DNA of 29,912 bases. Origin: Oligoflexales bacterium (lineage in GTDB: Bacteria > Bdellovibrionota_B > Oligoflexia > Oligoflexales > Bog-1112). Under the pieces are notes generated by a model. The model saw only the letters and a program-made list of their open reading frames with translations. It was not told the origin of the DNA and did no database searches. The position numbers and the translations under genes are program-made. How positions within the stretch are numbered: the stretch's first letter is position 1; each line of letters opens with the position of its first letter. Where the stretch lies: assembly GCA_045105515.1 (NCBI GenBank), contig JBGCDR010000101.1, positions 1-29,912 of the forward strand, in the 5' to 3' direction. Below are positions 12,017 to 19,347 of the stretch, piece after piece.

Positions 12017-13132
12017 ATGAGCCAGAAGTCAGGAAAATCGTTTGAACAAGTAATGGAAGATTTAAACAACATGATCAGTAATATCGGTGAAAAAAAATCC
12101 AGCAGAGGTGGTAACTCAGGCAATGGTGCTCATCCTCCCAGTAAAGGAGGAGGTGGTCCAAGCAAGTTTGTACAGTGGCTACTCATCGGAGCTTTTGCCG
12201 TTATATATGGGCTTTTCTCTTCATTCTACAAGGTTGAAACAACACAAAAAGGGGTGATCACCCGCTTTGGCGCCTTTTATGACATTGCTGACGAAGGCCC
12301 GCACTTCAAACTCCCCTTTGGAGTTGACCAGGTCTACAAGGTGGAAGTGACTAGGATTCACGAGGAGCAGTTTGGGTTTAGAAAACAGCAGAACTTAAGC
12401 AAACAGCAAGCTCGCCAGGAAAGCCTTATGCTGACTGGCGACCTTAAGGTTGCCGTTGTAGAATGGATCCTCCAGTACAAGATCGATGATGCGAAAAAGT
12501 ATCTGTTTAACGCAGTCAACGTTAATAAAAATATTCGCGATATATCTGTTTCCGTTATGCGGCGTGTTGTTGGAGACAAGCTAGTCACCGATGTATTAAC
12601 CACTGATCGTATCATCATAGCCCAGCAGGCAAAGGCTCTAACTCAAGAGACTTTAGATCGTTTCGATATGGGAGTTGTCATTACCGACTTGAACCTGCAG
12701 CGCGTCAACCCTCCAGCAGAAGTTAGGGATGCGTTTAATGAGGTTAACATAGCCAGGCAGGAAAAGGACAAGCTTATCAACCAAGCTAAAGGTACCTATA
12801 ATAAGGTTATTCCTGAGGCAGAGGGTAAAGCCAATCAAAAAGTCGCCGAAGCCGAAGCCTACGCTATTAACATAGTGAATCATTCTAAAGGTGACGCTGA
12901 AAAATTCACCGAAGTCCTAGCAGCTTACAAGCTTGCCCCCGCTATTACCCGTAAACGCTTATTCCTTGAGGCTATGGATGACATTTATTCAAAAAGCGAC
13001 CGCCTGACGATTGTTGATTCTCAGATAAAGGGACTTATGCCCATATTTAGCTCAGGCCAACAAAAATCTCTAGTAAGCTCCCTTGAACAAACTACTCAAG
13101 AAAACAAAAAAAAACAGATGGCTAATCGTTAA
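12017..13132 (+). CDS. hflK: FtsH protease modulator HflK
   Basis: Gly-rich N-terminus, TM helix, SPFH domain (GPHFKLPFGVD, MLTGD, VNPPAEVRDAF, APAITRKRLFLE); adjacent to hflC. Start at ATG 12017 with AGGTG RBS. Confidence 0.93.
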   Translation: MSQKSGKSFEQVMEDLNNMISNIGEKKSSRGGNSGNGAHPPSKGGGGPSKFVQWLLIGAFAVIYGLFSSFYKVETTQKGVITRFGAFYDIADEGPHFKLPFGVDQVYKVEVTRIHEEQFGFRKQQNLSKQQARQESLMLTGDLKVAVVEWILQYKIDDAKKYLFNAVNVNKNIRDISVSVMRRVVGDKLVTDVLTTDRIIIAQQAKALTQETLDRFDMGVVITDLNLQRVNPPAEVRDAFNEVNIARQEKDKLINQAKGTYNKVIPEAEGKANQKVAEAEAYAINIVNHSKGDAEKFTEVLAAYKLAPAITRKRLFLEAMDDIYSKSDRLTIVDSQIKGLMPIFSSGQQKSLVSSLEQTTQENKKKQMANR

Positions 13133-13167
13133 CAAGCATATTTCCAGCTAAACAAGGAATCAAATTA

Positions 13168-14151
13168 ATGAAAAACATTTTGTCTTTAGTCATACTAGTA
13201 TCGTTGATGATCCTGCTCAATGCATCCACTTACACGGTCCCAGAGCACCAGCAAGCAATTATCCTCCAACTTGGTAAAATCGCCGGTGACCCTATAACCA
13301 AACCCGGTTTGCATCTTAAAATCCCTTTTATCCAGGATGTAAAATACTTTGATAAACGAGTTTTACAATGGGACGGTGAGCGTGGGGAAATCCCTACCAA
13401 GGACAAGAAATTTATTTGGGTTGATACTACTGCAAGGTGGCGTATAAAGGATGCTCTAACCTTTTACAAAACTTTAACAGATGTTCGTCGTGCACTATTC
13501 CGGATTGGAACCGCTGTCGACGGTGCTACTAAAGACTTAGTTTCTAACTACGATTTGATAGAATCAGTCAGAAACTCAAACAGCATTTTTAAAGATATTG
13601 AAGAAAATAAGCTCAGTGCTCAACGAACTCAAGGCAAGGATGATCTGGACAGTGAGGATGCAATCTTAGATGATTTTATTGCCGATGCCCAGTCTGTTGC
13701 AGTTGGTAGAGAAAAGCTCAGTGCTATGATCGCTGAAAGAGCGCGGGTCAATTTAGATGGTTTTGGAATTGAGTTGATTGATGTCCAACTTCGCAGCATC
13801 GCCTACCAGGAACGTGTTGAAGCTGAAGTGTTTAAGAGCATGATTTCCGAGCGCAAGCAAATCGCCACCAAGATCAGATCCTCGGGTAAAGGCGAAGAAG
13901 CAAAGATTCTTGGTCAATTAGACCTAGCACTTAAACGGATAGAATCTGAGGCCTATCGCAAGTCACAGTTATTGAAAGGTAAGGCTGAAGCCAAATCTTT
14001 TAAAATTTATGCAGACTCGCTCCGAGAAGATCCTGAATTCTTTGAGTTTATGAAAAATCTAGAAGTTTACAAGAACACCATTGCGAAAAACGGTGAGTTC
14101 ATCTTATCTACCGACAATGCCTTCCTGAAACTACTACGAACTGGGGGTTAA
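13168..14151 (+). CDS. hflC: FtsH protease modulator HflC
   Basis: PGLHLKIPFIQ, IPTKDKKFIWVDTTARWRI, GIELIDV, MISERKQIA, DPEFFEFMKNLE motifs; AAGGA RBS. Confidence 0.94.
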   Translation: MKNILSLVILVSLMILLNASTYTVPEHQQAIILQLGKIAGDPITKPGLHLKIPFIQDVKYFDKRVLQWDGERGEIPTKDKKFIWVDTTARWRIKDALTFYKTLTDVRRALFRIGTAVDGATKDLVSNYDLIESVRNSNSIFKDIEENKLSAQRTQGKDDLDSEDAILDDFIADAQSVAVGREKLSAMIAERARVNLDGFGIELIDVQLRSIAYQERVEAEVFKSMISERKQIATKIRSSGKGEEAKILGQLDLALKRIESEAYRKSQLLKGKAEAKSFKIYADSLREDPEFFEFMKNLEVYKNTIAKNGEFILSTDNAFLKLLRTGG

Positions 14152-14157
14152 TCTAAA

Positions 14158-14329
14158 GTAATTCCCACCGAAGTGATTTCATTTCGGCCAAAGAGTTGTC
14201 TTTTCGACCGAAGTGGAGAAACCCTTATGCAAAATGCTTAGGAGATCCCTCCAATCGCTTCGCTCGTTCGGATGACGCCCTCTGTCACTAGTGGAGAAAT
14301 ACCTCTACCGTTCCATCCAACGGGATGAC
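14158..14329. repeat. cluster of degenerate REP-like palindromic elements
   Basis: Main element 14198-14276: GTCTTTTCGACCGAAGTGGAGAAA...GAGATCCCTCCAATCGCTTCGCTCGTTCGGATGAC. Partial left-arm copies at 14158-14175 and 14178-14193; a second collapsed copy at 14284-14329 (GTCACTAGTGGAGAAAT...CGGGATGAC). Lies between convergent genes. Confidence 0.7.
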
Positions 14330-14333
14330 TACC

Positions 14334-15374
14334 TCACCACCTTATTAAATTTGCACCCCAAGTAAACCCCGATCCGAAAGCAACTGTCATAATAAGCTGG
14401 CCTTTTTTAAGCCGGCCTTCGGCTTCGGCCTCAGATAAGCACATCGGTAGTGTTGCTGAGGTGGTATTTCCGTACTTGTGGATATTGTTAAATACCTTCT
14501 CTGAAGCAATCTCCAATTTTTGGCGCACCATCTCATTGATGCGGAGATTTGCCTGATGGGGCACCAAAAGGTCAATATCCTGAGGGCTTAATTTGTTGCG
14601 TTTAAGTATTTTGAAAACTGCCTCAAGCATACGAGCCACAGCATTCTTGAAAACAAAGCGTCCATCCATCACCGGCAAATATGCCTTATTTTCCGCTTCA
14701 GCCCCAGTCATGAAACTGGCTTCCCCGGCTTTGAAGCCAGGCCTTAAAATAGCTAGCTGCTCAGCTCCTTTTCCATCACTACCCATTTCGTGATCGATCA
14801 TGCCACGATATTCATTGTCCACCTGTGGCATTTCATCATAAGAGCACTCAACTCCTTCAACAACAGCCGCACCACCGGCATCACCAAAAAGAACTGAAAC
14901 ATCGCGGCCACGATTACTAAACTCGATAACCCGCGAGTGAACCTCGGCACCTACCACCAGAACTTTCTTGTGAATTCCCGAACGGATATATGCGTCAGCA
15001 GTTGCTAAGCCCCAGGAAAAGCCACTGCATTGACCACGAAGGTCTATGGCAGGTATCGTCTTTTGCCCTAAATTCCTTTGAATTAGCACTCCAATTCCAG
15101 GAAAATAATAGTCGGGAGACAAAGTTGCTGCCAGAATGAGGTCGATTTCTTCAGCAGAAGTTTCAGATTTTCTTAAAGCCTCTTCGGCGGCTTTGGTCCC
15201 CAGGTCAGAGGTTCCTTGCTCTACGCTTGCAATATGACGTTGCTGAATACCGGTGCGCTCTCGTATCCACTCATCACTTGTGTCCATCATCTTACTTAAG
15301 TCATCATTACGATAAATTTTTTCCGGGACATAATGTCCAACCCCCCGTATTTGAGAGCGTCTAAATTGAGCCAT
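14334..15374 (-). CDS. fabH: 3-oxoacyl-ACP synthase III
   Basis: DTSDEWIRERTGI, GQCSGF (Cys), LFGDAGGA, PHQAN (His), GNTTSA (Asn), AFGSGFTWG; AAGGA RBS before ATG 15374. Confidence 0.95.
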   Translation of the reverse strand: MAQFRRSQIRGVGHYVPEKIYRNDDLSKMMDTSDEWIRERTGIQQRHIASVEQGTSDLGTKAAEEALRKSETSAEEIDLILAATLSPDYYFPGIGVLIQRNLGQKTIPAIDLRGQCSGFSWGLATADAYIRSGIHKKVLVVGAEVHSRVIEFSNRGRDVSVLFGDAGGAAVVEGVECSYDEMPQVDNEYRGMIDHEMGSDGKGAEQLAILRPGFKAGEASFMTGAEAENKAYLPVMDGRFVFKNAVARMLEAVFKILKRNKLSPQDIDLLVPHQANLRINEMVRQKLEIASEKVFNNIHKYGNTTSATLPMCLSEAEAEGRLKKGQLIMTVAFGSGFTWGANLIRW

Positions 15375-15504
15375 GACTACTTCCTTAAACTTACAAGATT
15401 CACACAAGTATATTTTTTATTTACACTAATTACCTTTTAAGCTGTCTTTCTATATCAGAAAATAAGCTTATTCTAAATTAAATGCTGTCAATGGAGAATG
15501 AAAA

Positions 15505-17367
15505 ATGATGCAGCTTCTTAAGACTAGAAGATTTGGCCCTTTTTTCTGGACTCAGTTTTTCGGAGCTTTTAATGATAATGTTTTCAAGAACGCTTTGGTG
15601 ATCTTGATAGCATTTAAAGCTGCTTCTGAAACCGATGCTGGCCTATCGGTTAATCTTGCTACAGGCCTTTTTATCCTCCCTTTTTTCCTGTTCTCCCCTA
15701 TCGCTGGGCAGCTTGCTGATAAATTAGAAAAAGCTGCTTTTATACGTATGGTAAAACTTTTCGAAATTGCCATTATGATTTTTGGCGCTTTTGGTTTTTT
15801 TACTGGCCATATTGGTTTTTTAATTGGCATCCTATTTTTCATGGGAACCCAGTCAACTTTTTTTGGACCAGTTAAGTACAGCATCCTGCCCCAGCAGTTA
15901 GAAGATCATGAACTGATGTCAGGAACAAGTCTGGTGGAAATGGGTACGTTTGTTTCTATCTTATCGGGCACCATTATGGGTGGAGTCCTAATCAGATTAG
16001 GAAGCTCATATGTCAGTCTAGCTGTGTTAGTTTTTGCAATTTTAGGCTGGCTTACTGCCAGAAAAATACCAGCGACACCTGCAATGGCACCAGACCTTAA
16101 AGTAACTCTCAATCCATACTCTGAACTAAAAAATTTGTATAAAATCTCAAAACAAAATGACTCAATTTTCTATTCTATTTTTGGAATTTCATGGTTTTGG
16201 TTTCTAGGTGCTACAGTTTTGGCACAAATTCCGACTTTCGTTAAGCATGCTCTAAATGCAAACGAATATGTGGTTACTTTGCTTCTAGCGATATTCACCC
16301 TAAGCATAGCATTTGGTTCCTATATCAGTGATAAACTTGCAGATTCTAAAATCGAGTTAGGAATTGTTCCCATTGGAGCCTTCGGAATGAGCATCTTTAT
16401 TTTTGATTTAGGAATTATTCCCTACGATCTATTCACTTTTGATGATGCTACCATTGCGTATTTTTTATGGGCAAAGACTGGATTTAACCATTATCGTGTC
16501 CTCATAGACCTCGGATTGGTTGGATTTTTTGGCAGCTTTTTCATCGTACCTTTATACGCAATACTTCAGCATAGGTCTGAAAAATCTACCTGCTCAAGGG
16601 TTATCGCAGCAAACAATATTATCAACGCATTATTTATGGTAGGTTCGGCAGTACTAGCTCTCATCTTGTTTAGTATCGGCTTCAAAACCCAAGACATTTT
16701 TATAGTGATTGCCTTTATGAATTTAGCAGTTTGTGGTTATATTTTCCTCTTACTCCCTGAATTTGTTCTAAGGTTTGGTATTTGGATGCTTGCGAAAACC
16801 GTTTATACCTTAAAGTATGAAGGAAGACGGAATATTCCTTCAAAAGGTCCTGCAGTCTTAATAGCTAATCACATCAGCTTTATCGACTGGTTTGTTCTTT
16901 CTGCAGCATGTCAGCGCCCCATCCAATTTGTTATGGATCATCGGATTTTTAAAACTCCAATCTTGGGTCTTTTCTTTAGACTAGGAAAAAGCATCCCAAT
17001 TGCTCCAGCCAAAGAAGATCGCGAGTTAAAAGAACAGGCTTTTACCCGCATAAATGCCGCTCTAGGAGAAAAAGATATTGTGTGCATATTTCCAGAAGGA
17101 GGCATCACTTTTGATGGTGATCTCACACCATTCAAACCGGGAATTGAACGTATTTTACGAGAAAATCAGGTACCTGTTATTCCCATCGGTATTAATGGCC
17201 TTTGGGGAAGTTTTTTTAGTCGTAAACATGGTAAAGCTATGAGTTCAATTCCCAAACCTAAAAGAAGAACTATAACTGTTAATATCGGGGAACCTTTAGG
17301 CCCCAAGGAATTTGAGGCCAAGGAACTACAAGAGAAAGTGGAAGCCTTGCTAGTCCAATCGAAATGA
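15505..17367 (+). CDS. MFS lysophospholipid transporter fused to a PlsC-type acyltransferase (LplT/Aas-like)
   Basis: TQFFGAFNDNVFK, GQLADK and FFGPVKYSILP MFS motifs with about 12 TMs; C-terminal NHISFID (HX4D) and FPEG; no acyl-ACP synthetase domain. Confidence 0.92.
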   Translation: MMQLLKTRRFGPFFWTQFFGAFNDNVFKNALVILIAFKAASETDAGLSVNLATGLFILPFFLFSPIAGQLADKLEKAAFIRMVKLFEIAIMIFGAFGFFTGHIGFLIGILFFMGTQSTFFGPVKYSILPQQLEDHELMSGTSLVEMGTFVSILSGTIMGGVLIRLGSSYVSLAVLVFAILGWLTARKIPATPAMAPDLKVTLNPYSELKNLYKISKQNDSIFYSIFGISWFWFLGATVLAQIPTFVKHALNANEYVVTLLLAIFTLSIAFGSYISDKLADSKIELGIVPIGAFGMSIFIFDLGIIPYDLFTFDDATIAYFLWAKTGFNHYRVLIDLGLVGFFGSFFIVPLYAILQHRSEKSTCSRVIAANNIINALFMVGSAVLALILFSIGFKTQDIFIVIAFMNLAVCGYIFLLLPEFVLRFGIWMLAKTVYTLKYEGRRNIPSKGPAVLIANHISFIDWFVLSAACQRPIQFVMDHRIFKTPILGLFFRLGKSIPIAPAKEDRELKEQAFTRINAALGEKDIVCIFPEGGITFDGDLTPFKPGIERILRENQVPVIPIGINGLWGSFFSRKHGKAMSSIPKPKRRTITVNIGEPLGPKEFEAKELQEKVEALLVQSK

Positions 17368-17403
17368 ATTTTGTTCCTGTCAAGCCCCCGAATGAAATGA
17401 GGG

Positions 17404-18225
17404 TCAGGTCATCTTTAACATTTCAGCCTTGAGTAGTGAGGACTTATTATCTAAGATCTCAGGCTTAAAGATCGTATACATTTCATCACAAACCTCGAGT
17501 TTTTCAGCCTCTAGGCTAAGTACCTGCTTTTTTGGAATTTGTAAAATTGCTTCCTCTTTGTTACATACCACCACAAATTGCTTCTTAGCCATTTGACAAA
17601 CTGCAAGGCTTTTTCCTTGTTTCTCGTTTGATGATCTATTTCCACCCAGAATGGGAATCAGCGCTCCACCGTAAACCATACCTCCTGAAAACCCAAGATC
17701 TTTAAGGGGGAGTTTATGCACTAGCTTTTTATCCCATGGAATTATTTTTTCCACATGTTTGATCTCGATAAGATACTTCTTCTCCCAGTACTCAAAAGCC
17801 ACAAATCTTTGTATTTGAGGAATATTTGATTCGACAGGAACAACTTCGCCTTTAGCTTCTTCCTTATCATCTAAAATGGTACTGTCCTCTAATTCTCGCT
17901 GCAAATCTAAATCATTTTTTTTCAAAACATCAATGCGATCTGATAACTCATAAACAATCCTACTGACGATATAGATAATTTTATTAAGCTCTTTCTCATT
18001 TGTTTCTAAGTGAGTTAATTTTTCTAGCAATTGTAGGCTATTTTGCAAAAAAGGAGGCAAATTTTCCAGACCAGGAATTTGAGCCTTATCTTTGATCTGA
18101 TTTAGTACCTGCATGAGTTCTGCTAGGCCCGACTTAGGGTCGGCACGTATATTACTAATAATCTCAAGAGCCTTTGTAGAGTTTTTATCAAGATCCCGCA
18201 AAATCATGATATATTCGGTGACCAC
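17404..18225 (-). CDS. degenerate Hpt-like domain plus CheW-like domain protein
   Basis: C-terminal RFVAFEYWEKKYLIEIKHVEKII...LPLKDLGFSGGMVYGGALIPIL is CheW-like; N-terminal LAELMQVLNQIKDKAQIPGL follows the Hpt H-box pattern with Asn in place of His; starts 3 nt after the upstream stop. Confidence 0.7.
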   Translation of the reverse strand: MVTEYIMILRDLDKNSTKALEIISNIRADPKSGLAELMQVLNQIKDKAQIPGLENLPPFLQNSLQLLEKLTHLETNEKELNKIIYIVSRIVYELSDRIDVLKKNDLDLQRELEDSTILDDKEEAKGEVVPVESNIPQIQRFVAFEYWEKKYLIEIKHVEKIIPWDKKLVHKLPLKDLGFSGGMVYGGALIPILGGNRSSNEKQGKSLAVCQMAKKQFVVVCNKEEAILQIPKKQVLSLEAEKLEVCDEMYTIFKPEILDNKSSLLKAEMLKMT

Positions 18226-18228
18226 TGC

Positions 18229-19155
18229 TTAAGCTCCCTTTTGTACGTTCTCTAAAGGAAACTTATTTACATGCTCCATCAATAGCCGGGGAGCCAAAAT
18301 ATAAGCTATTTGAGTTCCCTGGTAGAAGCAATAAGCTCTAAACCCAGGCATAAATCTCAGAAGCCTGCCAAACGGCTTTATGACTCCTTCATGCTTACTT
18401 AGGATGGCGTCAACCCTTAGGCATAGCTTAGACTCATCGCTGTTTATAATAATCGATATTTCTTCTCCATGTGGATTCCGATGGACGTTCGAATCCCTCC
18501 CAAATTGAATAAAATCACTATAATTTGCAAGTTGCAGGCTCTCGCCCTGGTGTTGCATCAATAAGCCACCTGAATCATGACTAAGCTGATTACAATCTAT
18601 TTTTTTGATATCAAGGACACTCTGAGCCGGCACAGCAAGGAAAACATCCTGAAAACAGGCCATGACAAACTCTTCGGTCTCCATATCAAAGTATTCATGG
18701 GTTCTAATATTTTTTTGAGGTACCTGTTTTTCGCCATAACTTGCAAGCGGAGGAGAAAAAAAGTTACGGATCTTTTTTAGTTCTTCTGCAAAAAACTTGG
18801 TCTTTACATCACTTCCTGAATGATATGCCTGAATCCGAATATTAATGCATTCAAAAATCCCAAGCAGAAGAGATATTGAATCTGAACCCACAAGAGATGG
18901 CTGATTTTCAAGCTGACTGAGAAAGTCTTCCACGCTGAGGGTAAAGCTTGCTAAGTCTTCATAGGCTACATATCCACTAATGCTCCTCATTGAGCGGGTG
19001 ATTTGGATAATTTCCTCCAAAGAACATAACTGCTTATCTCTGTTTGCTAGGTTTAAGATTGCTCGCTCACAGTCATCGAGAGCTAAGGATGACTCTTCGA
19101 GAAAATTCTTTCGCATTTCTGCAATCATTTGGTCCATATTGAGCTTATTTAACAA
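18229..19155 (-). CDS. CheA-derived protein: His-less P1/Hpt domain joined to a P5/CheW-like domain, no kinase
   Basis: FLEESSLALDDCERAILNL...LEEIIQITRSMRSISGYVAYEDLASFTLSVEDFL follows CheA P1; LCLRVDAILSKHEGVIKPFG...PGF...IAYILAP follows CheA P5; no N/G1/F/G2 boxes. Start is TTG 19155 or ATG 19137. Confidence 0.85.
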   Translation of the reverse strand: MLNKLNMDQMIAEMRKNFLEESSLALDDCERAILNLANRDKQLCSLEEIIQITRSMRSISGYVAYEDLASFTLSVEDFLSQLENQPSLVGSDSISLLLGIFECINIRIQAYHSGSDVKTKFFAEELKKIRNFFSPPLASYGEKQVPQKNIRTHEYFDMETEEFVMACFQDVFLAVPAQSVLDIKKIDCNQLSHDSGGLLMQHQGESLQLANYSDFIQFGRDSNVHRNPHGEEISIIINSDESKLCLRVDAILSKHEGVIKPFGRLLRFMPGFRAYCFYQGTQIAYILAPRLLMEHVNKFPLENVQKGA

Positions 19156-19191
19156 TTTGATTGATCCTCATTAGAATTCCTCTCGACTTAC

Positions 19192-19218
19192 ATTTCGGAA
19201 TTTTTTTGTAAAAATTGA
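19192..19218 (-). promoter_or_regulatory. sigma28-like promoter candidate for the pseudo-CheA operon
   Basis: Minus strand TCAA-N15-TCCGAAAT. Confidence 0.55.
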
Positions 19219-19290
19219 TTACAGCATTCAAAATTGGTTCGCGGGAAGAATCAGTTTTTAAAAATGGATATGCATTGAATTTAAGAGAAG

Positions 19291-19319
19291 AAGCCTCAGG
19301 ACAAGGATCACTGAGGCTT
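19291..19319 (-). terminator. probable intrinsic terminator after the large lipoprotein gene
   Basis: Perfect 9-bp inverted repeat AAGCCTCAG/CTGAGGCTT with an 11-nt loop, about 30 nt after the stop at 19348, followed on the minus strand by pyrimidine-rich CTTCTCTT. Confidence 0.6.
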
Positions 19320-19347
19320 ACAGTTACAGGAAAAAGAAAAGAAGACC

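Noticed and set aside
14158..14329. Possible CRISPR array or tRNA in the hflC-fabH gap
   Set aside because: Repeats are degenerate, irregularly spaced and palindromic; no cas genes and no cloverleaf.
19145..19171. 8-codon upstream ORF (MRINQIVK) with a GAGAGGA RBS overlapping the pseudo-CheA start
   Set aside because: Could be a regulatory uORF or chance; too short to support without ribosome profiling.
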